Positions 30,452 through 41,258 of a stretch of 64,000 nucleotides of DNA are shown here, one piece after another. The DNA lies in contig CAWKDB010000010.1 of the NCBI GenBank assembly GCA_963848295.1, positions 1,888,001 to 1,952,000 on the forward strand. Reading direction: 5' to 3'. This stretch comes from an uncultured delta proteobacterium (lineage in GTDB: Bacteria; Myxococcota_A; Polyangia; Haliangiales; Haliangiaceae). The notes beneath the pieces are model-generated. The model made no database searches, was not told the DNA's origin, and saw nothing but the letters and a program-made list of their open reading frames with translations. A program made the position numbers and the translations under genes. Each line of letters begins with the position of its first letter. Within the stretch, counting starts at the first letter, position 1.

Positions 30452-31162
30452 TTACGCGAACCGGTTACGGGAGATAAACGCCGCTGGATCGCGCCGCACT
30501 CTCGGACCGGTCGAACACCCGATCGCGTGACCGATGCGGATCGCATAAGCAACGCGCCATGGGGCGGGAATACCGAGCACGCGCTTGACGGCGGGTTCGG
30601 CGCCTTCACCGCTGAACGCGCTCACGACCTGAACGTCGAGACGCGCCGCTTGCGCGGCGAGCCACATGTTCTCGAGGACGCAGCCGAGGCTGATCGTTCC
30701 AAGCACGTCGCCTTCGGATGCCGGTGCTCGGATGCTCGGGTCGAACACGACGACGATCACCATCGGCGCACCCGCGATGGTCTCGCCGAGCAAGCGCGAT
30801 AGGTTTGTGGGAACGCGCTGCAGATCGCCCGTACGCCAGGCCGGCGGAAACGTACTTCCGAGAATGCCAACCCGGCGCGCGGCGAGCTCTTCCGGGGACC
30901 ATGACAACTGCCGGAAGTTCTCGACGATGAACGCCGGTGATACCGGAGCGCGGATCCGGCCGAGCTCGTCGAGCTTGGCTCGGTCGTCGACGACGACCAG
31001 ACGAAAGTTCTGCATGTTGTGCGCGGTCGGCGACCAGCGCGCCGCGTCGATGATGTCCGCAAGCTCGAGCTCGGTCACGGTGCGCGCCGGATCGAACGGC
31101 ACGCGCGAGGAGTGGCGCTGCTCGATCAACCATCGCATTCGGCAGGCGTTGTCAGGATCCAT
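30452..31162 (-). CDS. Nitroreductase family protein
   Basis: RHSSRVPF, ARWSPTAHNMQN, SLGCVLENMWLAA. Confidence 0.88.
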   Translation of the reverse strand: MDPDNACRMRWLIEQRHSSRVPFDPARTVTELELADIIDAARWSPTAHNMQNFRLVVVDDRAKLDELGRIRAPVSPAFIVENFRQLSWSPEELAARRVGILGSTFPPAWRTGDLQRVPTNLSRLLGETIAGAPMVIVVVFDPSIRAPASEGDVLGTISLGCVLENMWLAAQAARLDVQVVSAFSGEGAEPAVKRVLGIPAPWRVAYAIRIGHAIGCSTGPRVRRDPAAFISRNRFA

Positions 31163-31174
31163 GATCAGCGACCG

Positions 31175-31190
31175 TGCACCCGGCGTGCCT
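31175..31190 (-). promoter_or_regulatory. sigma54-type promoter
   Basis: AGGCACGCCGGGTGCA, 14 nt from the ATG. Confidence 0.7.
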
Positions 31191-31336
31191 CATCGGCGCG
31201 CGATGCACCTAGTGAATTTTCAGCAGCGCGTGCGCGAGCTCGCGAGGCGTCAAGTGGCGCGACACGAGTGTCACGGTACGACGAAAGACTGAGGCGAGGG
31301 ACGAGCCAACCCCGCGCGACCAATCGCGGCGTGCGA

Positions 31337-31352
31337 TGGCATTCTCCTTGCT
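31337..31352 (+). promoter_or_regulatory. sigma54-type promoter
   Basis: TGGCATTCTCCTTGCT, 14 nt from the ATG. Confidence 0.72.
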
Positions 31353-31364
31353 GCCCGACGGCGC

Positions 31365-31718
31365 ATGAGGATCATCGCGGTCGTGCTCGCAGCGATCGGT
31401 TGCACGTCGCCCGCGCCGGACTATCCAAACTGTCCCGATACGCCGCCGCCGGCCTCGTGTCCGGGGATGTTCCCATGCGGCGCTGGTGGTCTGTTCTGCG
31501 ACGAGACCACGCAGTTCTGCGATCTCACCGCGGCGCCGAGGTGTGTGATCGCCAGCCTGAGCTCGGGCGAAGCGTGCCTGAGCAACGGCGACGTATCGCG
31601 CGTGATAGCGAGCACGCAGGAATGCGATGACTCCGGCGGCGGGCCGTCCGGGCCCTTCACCGACCCGGTGTGCTCGCGCGCGCAAGGCGGCATCGAGGTG
31701 TACTGCAACGGACCGTAA
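31365..31718 (+). CDS. Cys-rich lipoprotein
   Basis: Lipobox AIGC plus ten further Cys in 117 aa. Confidence 0.75.
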   Translation: MRIIAVVLAAIGCTSPAPDYPNCPDTPPPASCPGMFPCGAGGLFCDETTQFCDLTAAPRCVIASLSSGEACLSNGDVSRVIASTQECDDSGGGPSGPFTDPVCSRAQGGIEVYCNGP

Positions 31719-32069
31719 TCAGGAGTTGCACTTCGACTGTTGCTGCGCTTGAATGCGACCGGCTCGACGATCTGCGTCAGTCGCCCAGTGCGGACCGTCG
31801 ACAGCTCCTTAGCTCGGCGGGCGGCCCGCAGCGTTTCGCCGCCGTCAGGCATGCAGCTAGCGCGGGCGACAGGCGAGCGCGAGCGTCGCACACGAAACGG
31901 AGACCCCGACGGCCGGTCCGGGCGAGCCGGTCGCCGGCACGAAGTCACGCTCGTCGATGTCGACACACGCCCAGTCCGTGCCTGCCCGTCGCAGTCGCAC
32001 GGCCGTGTAGGTCGGGTCTCCGTGTTGCCCAGCTAGTCGAACTGCAAACTCACCTAGCACTTCATTGTC

Positions 32070-33306
32070 TGTCGGTGGCGTACCGCCCGACGTCCAAAAA
32101 AAAGTAGCAAGCTTGTTGGGGGAGACGCTGGCGGAGCCGACGGCGGAAGACTTCGCGCGCGGCCCGGAGACCTCCGCCCGGAGGCGCCGGTGATGCAGGG
32201 GCTCGTGTCTCTGATCCCGATCGTCGGCATCATCGCCGCGTGTCTTGCGCTCGGTGTGAACCGCGCGAGCTACTACCGCGCGCAGAAGCCGAAGGCACCG
32301 GCGCAGCGGCGGCCACGGCCGGCTCGCGCACTCGGAGAGGACGAGCGCGCCCACGTGCTCGCCGTGCTCGACAGCGATCCGTTCATGGACAAGGCGCCTG
32401 CGCAGGTCTACGCGAAGCTGCTCGAAGACGGCGAGTACCTGTGCTCGACGCGCACGATGTACCGCGTTCTCGATGACGCCAGCCAGGTGCGTGAACGCCG
32501 CGCGCAGCGCCGGCACCCCGAGTACGTCAAGCCCCAGCTCGTCGCGACCGCACCGAACCAGGTGTGGACGTGGGACACGACCAAGCTGCCTGGCCCGGTG
32601 AAGGGCACGTACTACACGCTGTACGTCATCCTCGACCTGTTCAGCCGCTACGTCGTCGGCTGGCAGATCGCCAAGAGCGAGTCGGCGAAGATCGCGCAGC
32701 GCCTCATCGCGGCGTGCTGCGAACAGCAGCGGGTGGTGCGCGGTCAGCTGACGGTACACGCGGACCGCGGCTCGCCGATGATCGCGAAATCGACCGCGCA
32801 GCTCTACGTCGATCTCGGCATCGCGCAGAGCCACAGCAGGCCGCACGTCTCGAACGACAACCCGTACTCCGAGGCGGGCTTCAAGACCATCAAGTACCGA
32901 CCGGAGATGCCCGAGCGCTTCGGTTCCATCGAGCACGCGCGTGCTGTGATGGCTCCGCTCCTCGGCTGGTACAACACGGCGCACTACCACACCGGCCTCG
33001 CGCTGCTCACGCCGGCCGATGTCCACCATGGTCGCGCGCCCGCCATCGTCGCCGCGCGGCAGCTCGTGCTCGACGCCGCGCACCTCCGTCACCCCGAGCG
33101 CTTCGTGAACGGCCGACCGATCCAGAAGTCGCCGCCACCCGCCGCGTGGATCAACCCGCCGCCAATGGATCAGATCGGGAGCGCGGATCGGATCACGGAT
33201 CGGATCGCGATCACGGATCTGATCACATCCGCGGATCGGATCGAGGAGGTCGCTGCTCACAAAATACGTGCGAGCGCCGTCTCAAAGTCGTTGACACGCA
33301 CCGACA
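32070..33306 (+). mobile_element. IS3-family element with most of orfA deleted
   Basis: Left end TGTCGGTGGCGT matches the right end read in reverse complement, TGTCGGTGCGT. The orfA tail DVQKKVASLLG carries an A8G slippery site at 32096-32104. No target duplication seen. Confidence 0.75.
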
Positions 33307-33335
33307 CGAAGATCCGGACGGGCTCGCACACGTAG
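32190..33335 (+). CDS. IS3-family transposase OrfB (rve integrase core)
   Basis: PNQVWTWDTT, LDLFSRYVVGW, HADRG, SRPHVSNDNPYSEAGFKT; the ORF reads through the right end. Confidence 0.92.
   Translation: MMQGLVSLIPIVGIIAACLALGVNRASYYRAQKPKAPAQRRPRPARALGEDERAHVLAVLDSDPFMDKAPAQVYAKLLEDGEYLCSTRTMYRVLDDASQVRERRAQRRHPEYVKPQLVATAPNQVWTWDTTKLPGPVKGTYYTLYVILDLFSRYVVGWQIAKSESAKIAQRLIAACCEQQRVVRGQLTVHADRGSPMIAKSTAQLYVDLGIAQSHSRPHVSNDNPYSEAGFKTIKYRPEMPERFGSIEHARAVMAPLLGWYNTAHYHTGLALLTPADVHHGRAPAIVAARQLVLDAAHLRHPERFVNGRPIQKSPPPAAWINPPPMDQIGSADRITDRIAITDLITSADRIEEVAAHKIRASAVSKSLTRTDTKIRTGSHT
33168..33242. repeat. GATC-dense short tandem repeat tract
   Basis: 11 GATC sites in 75 bp (GGATC/GATCAC/GATCG units). 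Confidence 0.75.
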
Positions 33336-33491
33336 TGTCGCATACCGGTTGTACCAAGCCAGTAACAGCGTGGTTCGCACGCACGCACGAGCTCGAGTCC
33401 GCGTTGGTGAGCTCGAGTTGACCGATCGCGTGATGCAATCTCGCACACCCGATGTCGGGAGCGAGCGGTAGCGACGCGTGCCGTCGTCGAT

Positions 33492-34775
33492 CTGAGATAT
33501 CCCCTCAGATCAGCCCGAACACAGCGCGGAAAATTTCCTGCTGCCGAACGATGTGGTCGAACGATTTCATGAGCGGCGCGAGCTTCTCGTCTCCCATGTA
33601 CGGAATGGCCTCGTAGAGGTGAATGCCTTGGTTGAGGAGCGACATGGTGCGCTTCTTCGAGGTGTTGGTTTTCATCAGCCGATCGAGTCCGCACGCCTCG
33701 CCGGCGGCGCCGAGCAACGTCAGCAACGCCTGTGCGACTGCCGCCAGAAGCAGCAAGCGGTCCCGGCGATCCGTGGTGCCGATGTGCGTCGCCGATAGCC
33801 CCATGCCGAAGCGAAAGTTCTTCTGGTCGCGAAACGTTTCTTCGATCGTGAACCGTCGGCCGTACAGCTTCACGATCTCTGCGGCCTTGAGCTCGCTCAG
33901 CGTCGTCGCTAGGCACCACGCCTCCTTCATCCTCTTGGCGTGCATGACGACAACCGCCGGCACTTCGGCGCGCGTGCGCGTGACTCGAGCCCCGCGCAGG
34001 ATCAGGGCGCGACCGTTGTCTGGCACCCACGCGTTCGCCGTCTTCCGAGTTCCCGTTGCGTCCTCGACCTGAATCGCTCCTCGAAAGCGGATAACGAAAT
34101 CCCAGCCGAGCGTCTGCAGGAACCGATACAGCTTCTGATCGCCGAAGCCGCGATCCGCCAGCACTGTGATCTTCACGTCGGGCGCGACGCAGTCGTGCAG
34201 CCGTTCGAGCAACCGATACTCGTGGTCATTCCGCTTGTTCTTGAGCGTGGTCTTGCTCACCGTCATCCAGATCAACGGGGTCGCCCGCCCATGGCTGGTG
34301 ATCAGGTAGCCCGCCAGCGTCGCGTGGTCGTCGCCATCGAACTCTGTCCAGTCGAGCGCGACGACGATCTCCTTGCGCTCTGCGACGACAAACTGGGCCC
34401 ACGGTCGGAACAACGTCCACACGTCGATGCCCGGGTTTCCGAGCAAACGATCGGTCTGCTTCACCCCGTGCTTCTTGTCGTTGTTGGTGACGCGCGCGTA
34501 TCCACGACCGATCGCGTGGATCGACAGCACCGCTGCGTCGACGGTGCCCACGACACCGTTCGCCAACGACAGCACGCGCATCGCATGCAGATCATCACCG
34601 AAGATTTGGTGCACCGTCTTCGCGACTTCCAGCGGGTCTCGAACAAACTCTGTCATCGATCGACGGCTCATCATGCCGCTCGAACCGACGCGCGAGCTCC
34701 GAAATTCCGCCTCAGCTGGGAAAAATCCGGAGCGCTTTCGATCACCTACGCCGCCAAAGCGAGGGGATCCATCAG
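33492..34775 (-). mobile_element. Intact IS4-family insertion sequence (1284 bp)
   Basis: Imperfect IRs CTGAGATATCCCCTC / CTGATGGATCCCCTC; 9-bp target duplication GTCGTCGAT (33483-33491 and 34776-34784). Confidence 0.93.
33505..34674 (-). CDS. IS4-family transposase
   Basis: ALDWT, LADRGFG, YGRRFTIEETFRDQK (YREK signature). Confidence 0.94.
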   Translation of the reverse strand: MMSRRSMTEFVRDPLEVAKTVHQIFGDDLHAMRVLSLANGVVGTVDAAVLSIHAIGRGYARVTNNDKKHGVKQTDRLLGNPGIDVWTLFRPWAQFVVAERKEIVVALDWTEFDGDDHATLAGYLITSHGRATPLIWMTVSKTTLKNKRNDHEYRLLERLHDCVAPDVKITVLADRGFGDQKLYRFLQTLGWDFVIRFRGAIQVEDATGTRKTANAWVPDNGRALILRGARVTRTRAEVPAVVVMHAKRMKEAWCLATTLSELKAAEIVKLYGRRFTIEETFRDQKNFRFGMGLSATHIGTTDRRDRLLLLAAVAQALLTLLGAAGEACGLDRLMKTNTSKKRTMSLLNQGIHLYEAIPYMGDEKLAPLMKSFDHIVRQQEIFRAVFGLI

Positions 34776-34990
34776 GTCGTCGATGCCATCCGGAGCGCCA
34801 TGTGCGACGTAGCTGAAGAGCTGCTTCGACACCGCTTCAACCCGACGTTTCAGGAGATCACCGCGAGTCCACACGGTGTATCGCGCCTCAGCGACTCGGG
34901 CCGAGTGAAGGTCCGACCGTAGCGACCGTCGAGACTCATGCGAATCACGTGATCTGGAATGTGATTCGAGCTGCCGCTACGTCGTCGATG
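34776..34990 (+). pseudogene. Degenerate C-terminus of a glucoamylase-family (GH144-like) gene, copy 1
   Basis: Frameshifted FNPTFQEITASPHG...APQRLGPSEGPTVATVETHANHVIWNVIR; its 5' part probably lies at about 32030-32069 and 33307-33491. Confidence 0.45.
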
Positions 34991-35295
34991 CACTGTGCTG
35001 GTTCGATTCGCGCGTTTCGAAGTGAGCGATCGCGCCGCCGATCATTAAGAGCACTCTCCAACCGAACGAATCGTTGGGCCGAGCGCGACGAACGGCGTGA
35101 CGGTCTGGCGAGCTCGAGCTCATCGCGATCGTCGCTGACGTCGCCGCGGGTCATGGTGGGGCGACACCACTTCAGCGCGGAAGGCCCCCTCGCGCGACCG
35201 GCGCCGCGACGGTGGCAGACGTGTATGCGGATCCGCTCGTCGGGCGATTTCGCTCGGAACCGCGCCGTCGAAACCCCGCGTACGAGGTCCTTTGG

Positions 35296-35311
35296 AGGCA
35301 CGAGGCATGCA
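35296..35311 (+). promoter_or_regulatory. sigma54-type promoter upstream of the remnant and the ACIII cluster
   Basis: AGGCACGAGGCATGCA. Confidence 0.65.
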
Positions 35312-35351
35312 GTCAGCCCAAGCCACTTTGCCCTTGACCGTGAAGCTCGCA

Positions 35352-35745
35352 ATGACACGCAACGAGGTCAGCGCGAGCAACGCGATCGATGCCGATGTCA
35401 TGAATGCGAGCAACCGCGGAAGGCTCGAGACTACGTTCGATCACTTCGTACGTCACGCCGATCCGTACACCTGCTTCATCGCGGATCCCGACGACATCGA
35501 GTGCGCGACGTTGCATCACGAGATCGATCGACTCGGACTCACGAACCGCGCCGGCGCGGGCTTCGAAGCCAGCTTCGATCCAACGTTTCCCGAGACACCG
35601 CCAATCCACATGGCTGGGTCGCGCCGCCTCGGCTCGGGCTGAACGAAGAAGGCCGATCGTGCTGATGATCGAGAATCATTCGATTGGACCGATCTGGAAC
35701 GTGATCCGACGCTCGGCCGACGTCCCCTTCTCGTCGGCTGCACCG
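35352..35745 (+). pseudogene. Internally deleted glucoamylase-family (GH144-like) gene, copy 2
   Basis: N-terminal TFDHFVRHADP...IAD joined to frameshifted GFEASFDPTFP / NPHGWVAPPRLGLNE / PIVLMIENHSIGPIWNVIRR. Confidence 0.55.
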
Positions 35746-35810
35746 ATCGCGCATCGCGAGTCCAACGCGGAGACGCGTCGCCTCCCGCGGGAGACCGCCT
35801 AGAGGTCCGG

Positions 35811-36455
35811 ATGGCAGCGCTGTTCCCACCGTGGACGAACACGGCAACCCGGGTCGCGCTGGCAGTGCTCTCGCTGGGCGCGGCCGGCGCGCTCGCCGCG
35901 CCGATGATCTACGCGCGCATGCCGTTCGCGACCGGGCAGAACAATCCGCTCCTCCAGCCGGTGCAGTTCGATCACCGTCATCACGTGCGCGACGACGGCA
36001 TCGATTGCCGATATTGCCACGGTGCCGCCGGGCACGCGCCCTACGCCGGCGTTCCCGCGACCGAGGTCTGCCTCGGTTGTCACAACCAGATCTGGAACGA
36101 CAGCACGTTGCTCGCTCCCGTGCGCGAGAGCGCAGCCTCCGGACGGCCGATCGCATGGCAACGCGTCCACTCGCTGCCCGACTTTGTCTACTTCGATCAC
36201 TCGATCCACGTCAACAAAGGCATCGGTTGCGTGTCGTGTCACGGCCGCGTCGATGAGATGGCCGCGGTCTATCAAGTGGCGCCGCTGACGATGGGGTGGT
36301 GTCTCGATTGTCATCGCGATCCCGTGCCGAACCTCCGACCGCGCGATCAGATCACGAGCATGACCTGGCAGCCGGCGAGCTCCGACGTCACGGCCGCGCT
36401 CGCGAGCCAGTACGGGACCCGAAGTCTCACCAACTGCACGACGTGCCACCGATGA
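35811..36455 (+). CDS. actA: Alternative complex III pentaheme cytochrome c
   Basis: Five CxxCH motifs (CRYCH, CLGCH, CVSCH, CLDCH, CTTCH), QPVQFDHRHH, LPDFVYFDHS. Confidence 0.93.
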   Translation: MAALFPPWTNTATRVALAVLSLGAAGALAAPMIYARMPFATGQNNPLLQPVQFDHRHHVRDDGIDCRYCHGAAGHAPYAGVPATEVCLGCHNQIWNDSTLLAPVRESAASGRPIAWQRVHSLPDFVYFDHSIHVNKGIGCVSCHGRVDEMAAVYQVAPLTMGWCLDCHRDPVPNLRPRDQITSMTWQPASSDVTAALASQYGTRSLTNCTTCHR

Positions 36456-39358
36456 CCCGAGATCACGACGAAGACGATCGCGCACCGATCCAGACGGGTC
36501 GAGGCTGGGCCGGCGTCGCAGCGCTCGTCCGGCTCGGCGCGGCGGACCGCGGTTGGCGCGAGCCCGATGTTGCCGAAGGTCTCGACCAGATCAGTCGCCG
36601 CAGCTTGTTCAAGTGGATCGGGGGCAGTGCGGCGCTCGCGGGGTTGGCATCGTGCTCGTCGCGACCTGCACGCGACATCCGGCCGTACGTGCATCAGCCG
36701 CCCGAGCTAACACCCGGAGTCGCGCAATACTACGCGACCGCATTCGTCGAGGATGGCTTCGCGACCGGCATGGTGGTCGAAGCGCACGAAGGGCGCCCCA
36801 CCAAGGTCGAGGGCAATCCCGATCACCCGGCCAGCCTCGGCGCCACGCGCGCGATCGACCAGGCCGCCGTACTGTCTCTGTTCGATCCTCAGCGCGTGCG
36901 CGCGATCACCGATCGCGGTGTGCCTGGCACGTGGGACGATATCGAGCGTTTTCTCGCGGCCGCACGCGCCGACGCAGGCGCCGGGCTCCACGTGGTGCTC
37001 GAACCGACGAGCTCGCCGATCGTGATCGAGCTGCTCGGTCAGGTGCGAGCCAAGCTACCTCGCGCGACCGTCACGTTCTGGGCACCCTTCGCGCTCCGCG
37101 CGTCGCTCGCCGGCAACGCGATCGCGTTCGGCCGACCGTTACAGACCCAGCTCGATCTGCGCCGCGCGGACGTGATCGTCGCGCTCGATGCCGACCTGCT
37201 CGGCGAGCATCCGATGGGCCTGGCCTACGCGCGGCAGCTTACCGACCGCAGGCGCGTCGATGGTCCCCATGCCGCGATGAGTCGGGTTTATGCGGTCGAA
37301 GCCACCCACACCACGACCGGCACGCTTGCAGATCATCGTATCCGACTGCGCAGCGGCGAGGTCGAAGCGATCGCGCGCGAGCTCGCAGCGGAGCTCGCGG
37401 CACGAGGCATCGAGGGGCTGCCGACGACGCCTCGCCCGACGGGCGGTCGCGCGCGCTGGCTCGGTGCGATCGCGGCCGACCTCGTGCAAGCGCGCGGGCG
37501 CTCGGTGGTGATCGCCGGCGAGCGTCAGCCCGCGATCGTGCACGCGATCGTCGCGGCGATCGATCACGCACTCGGCAATGTCGGTGCGACGGTCACGTAT
37601 AGCGAGCCGGTCGTGTTCGAGGCGGGCGGACCGAGTCACGAGCTCGACGCGCTCGCAGCCGCGTTGACCGCTGGCACGGCGACGTCACTGTTGATCCTCG
37701 GCGGTAATCCCGCCTACACCGCGCCTGCACAGCTCGATCTCGCCCGCGCCATCGCACGAGCTCCGAGCCTGTACCTCGGCCTGTATGCGAACGAGACGGC
37801 GCAGGCCTGTCGCTACGTCGTGCCCGCGCAACACGTGCTCGAACAGTGGGACCTCGCGCGCGCGTTCGACGGGACGCTCACCCCGATCCAGCCGTTGATC
37901 GAGCCGCTGTTCGGCGGTCACTCGACGAGTGACGTCCTCGCCGCGCTGGTCGGCGCGCCCGCGATGCGCGCGCGCGATCGCGCGCACACCGCATGGACAC
38001 GCATGGTCCCCGCGATGAACTTCGCCGCCGGCCTCGCGCTCGGCCGCGCTCGCGACCCGGCGACCGTCGTCGCGGTCTCCGCACCCGCCGCGATCGCAGG
38101 CGCGGCCAGCGAGCCATTCGCGCTCGAGCTCGACGTCCGACCACACCCGATGGTCTACGACGGGCGCCACACGAACAACCCGTGGTTGTTAGAGCTCCCC
38201 GAGCCGATCACGAAGCTGACGTGGGACAACGCCGCGCAGGTCTCACCGCAAACCGCGGCGCGGCTGGGGATCGAGACCGGCGACGTGATCGCGCTGGGTG
38301 TCGACGGCATCTCCCTCGACGTGCCTGCGATCGTCGTGCCCGGTCACGCCGACGAAGCGGTCACGCTACACGCCGGCTACGGCCGGAGCGGGGACGAACG
38401 AATCGCGCACGGCATCGGCGCGAATGCCTTCGCGCTGTGGCGCGGTCCGTTCCAGTCCGCGGTGACGGTGACGACACGCGACGCGCATCGCGAGCTCGCG
38501 ATCACGCAGGAGCACTGGCGGATGGAGCATCGTCCGATCGCGCTGTCGGGCAAGCTCGCCGACCTCGGCAGCGGGCCCTGGCTCGCCGAGCTCGCCACGC
38601 ATCGCGGCGATCCTCCGAGCCTGCTCGCGAGGTTCCCGACGCAAGGCGAGCAGTGGGCGATGTCGATCGATCTCACCAGTTGCAGCGGCTGCTCCGCGTG
38701 CGTGATGGCATGTGCGGCCGAGAACAACACGCCGGTCGTCGGTCGCACGCAGGTCCTGAACAGCCGCGAGATGCACTGGCTGCGCATCGATCGCTACGTC
38801 GATGACGGGAGCGCTCCCGGTGACCCGGTGATCGCGGTCCAGCCCATGCTGTGCCAGCACTGCGAGGACGCGCCGTGCGAGTACGTGTGCCCGGTCGAGG
38901 CGACGACCCACAGCCCCGACGGCCTCAACGAGATGGTCTACAACCGCTGCGTCGGCACGCGGTTCTGCTCGAACAACTGCCCGTATAAGGTCCGCCGCTT
39001 CAACTGGTTCGACTTCAAGCAGCACGATGGCTTGCAGATCCTCGCGCGCAACCCCGACGTCACGGTTCGCGATCGCGGCGTGATGGAGAAGTGCACGTAC
39101 TGCGTGCAGCGGATTCGCCGCACCGAGATCGACGCACGCATCGCCGGCCGACCGATCGGAGCGACCGAGGTTCGCACCGCCTGCCAGCAAGCCTGCCCGA
39201 CCCAGGCGATCAGCTTCGGCTCGATCACCAACGCGACCTCGACGGTCACCGAGCAACGCACGCGCCCGCATAGCTACGAGGTGCTGCACGATCAAGGCAC
39301 GCGGCCGCGGACGACGTACCTCGCCCGGATCCGCAATCCGAACCCGGAGCTCGGATGA
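36452..39358 (+). CDS. actB: ACIII subunit B (molybdopterin-oxidoreductase-like plus Fe-S domains)
   Basis: Tat motif SRRSLFK with lipobox Cys, [65 protein letters not shown]. Confidence 0.94.
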   Translation: MTRDHDEDDRAPIQTGRGWAGVAALVRLGAADRGWREPDVAEGLDQISRRSLFKWIGGSAALAGLASCSSRPARDIRPYVHQPPELTPGVAQYYATAFVEDGFATGMVVEAHEGRPTKVEGNPDHPASLGATRAIDQAAVLSLFDPQRVRAITDRGVPGTWDDIERFLAAARADAGAGLHVVLEPTSSPIVIELLGQVRAKLPRATVTFWAPFALRASLAGNAIAFGRPLQTQLDLRRADVIVALDADLLGEHPMGLAYARQLTDRRRVDGPHAAMSRVYAVEATHTTTGTLADHRIRLRSGEVEAIARELAAELAARGIEGLPTTPRPTGGRARWLGAIAADLVQARGRSVVIAGERQPAIVHAIVAAIDHALGNVGATVTYSEPVVFEAGGPSHELDALAAALTAGTATSLLILGGNPAYTAPAQLDLARAIARAPSLYLGLYANETAQACRYVVPAQHVLEQWDLARAFDGTLTPIQPLIEPLFGGHSTSDVLAALVGAPAMRARDRAHTAWTRMVPAMNFAAGLALGRARDPATVVAVSAPAAIAGAASEPFALELDVRPHPMVYDGRHTNNPWLLELPEPITKLTWDNAAQVSPQTAARLGIETGDVIALGVDGISLDVPAIVVPGHADEAVTLHAGYGRSGDERIAHGIGANAFALWRGPFQSAVTVTTRDAHRELAITQEHWRMEHRPIALSGKLADLGSGPWLAELATHRGDPPSLLARFPTQGEQWAMSIDLTSCSGCSACVMACAAENNTPVVGRTQVLNSREMHWLRIDRYVDDGSAPGDPVIAVQPMLCQHCEDAPCEYVCPVEATTHSPDGLNEMVYNRCVGTRFCSNNCPYKVRRFNWFDFKQHDGLQILARNPDVTVRDRGVMEKCTYCVQRIRRTEIDARIAGRPIGATEVRTACQQACPTQAISFGSITNATSTVTEQRTRPHSYEVLHDQGTRPRTTYLARIRNPNPELG

Positions 39359-40721
39359 GCGAGACCGCGCTCGCAGCCAGCGACGAGATCCTGATCGGTC
39401 GCCCCGACGATGCGCAGCTCTCCGATCAGCTGCTGTCGACGACTTGGCGGCCGTGGACGCGCGGCTGGAAGATCGCGTTCGCGGTATGCGGCACGCTCAC
39501 GCTGTTGCTCGCCACCGCGGTGACGCTGACCGTGACTCGCGGCATCGGCATGTGGGGCAACAACATCCCCAACGCGTGGGGCTTCGGGATCATCAACTTC
39601 GTGTGGTGGATCGGCATCGGTCACGCCGGCACGTTCATCTCGGCGATCCTGCTCGTGCTCGAGCAGAACTGGCGAACCTCGATCAATCGATTCACCGAAG
39701 GCATGACGCTGTTCGCGGTGATGCAGGCCGGGCTGTTCCCACTCCTCCATCTCGGCCGGCCGTGGTTCGCCTACTGGCTGTTCCCTTACCCGAGCGTGAT
39801 GACCACGTGGCCGCAGGTGCGCAGCGCGCTGCCGTGGGACGCGGCCGCGGTCTCGACGTATTTCCTCGTCTCGCTGATGTTCTGGTACCTCGGTATGGTT
39901 CCCGATCTCGCCGCGTTGCGCGATCGCTCGCCGACCCGCCGGCGCCGCATCATCTACGGCATCTTCGCGCTCGGCTGGCGCGGCTCGGTTCAACAATGGC
40001 GCCACCACAAGGTCGCCTACCTGCTGCTCGCCGGCCTCGCGACGCCGCTCGTCGTCTCGGTCCACTCGATCGTCAGCCTCGACTTCGCGATCACCGGCCT
40101 GCCCGGCTGGCACTCGACGATCTTCCCGCCATTCTTCGTCGCCGGCGCGATCTTCTCGGGCTTCGCGCTCGTGATGACGCTGATCATTCCCGCGCGGCGC
40201 GTGTTCAAGCTCCACAACGTGATCACCGCGGCGCACCTCGACGCGATGGCCAAGATGATGCTCGTCATGAGCCACATCGCGTTCTACTCGTACCTGATCG
40301 AGTTCTTCGTCGCGTGGTACTCCGGCGACAAGTTCGAGATCTATCAAGCGTTGGTCAATCGCCCGACCGGTTGGTACGCGTGGACGTACTGGACGATGAT
40401 CTTCTGCAACTGCGTCGTCACCCAGCTGTTCTGGTCACGGCGGATGCGCCGCAACCTGTGGGTCCTGTTCGGCGTGACGCTGCTGATCAACCTCGGGATG
40501 TGGCTCGAGCGCTTCGAGATCATCGTCGTCTCCCTGTCGCGCGACTTTCTGCCTTCGAGCTGGCACGTGTTCGTGCCGTCGTGGGTCGACCTCAGCCTGC
40601 TCGCCGGGACGCTCGGCTTCTTCGGCCTGTTGTTCTTGTTGTTCTTGCGGTTCATCCCGTTCATCCCGGTCGCCGAGATGAAGCACATGCGCGCCGAGCT
40701 CCAGCGCGGCGAGAAGGTCAC

Positions 40722-40725
<4 letters not shown>
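39355..40725 (+). CDS. actC: ACIII subunit C (NrfD/PsrC family)
   Basis: [37 protein letters not shown]. Confidence 0.95.

Positions 40726-41254
<529 letters not shown>

Positions 41255-41258
<4 letters not shown>

Noticed and set aside
31935..31951. sigma54-like CGGCACGAAGTCACGCT
   Set aside because: GG-GC spacing is 11 nt rather than 10; at best a decayed promoter.
33168..33242. Repeat tract as a CRISPR array
   Set aside because: Units are 5-12 bp with no unique spacers, and there are no cas genes. No CRISPR array was seen anywhere in the window.
36452..39358. Catalytic molybdoenzyme
   Set aside because: Context and motifs identify ActB, which is established to lack the Mo cofactor.
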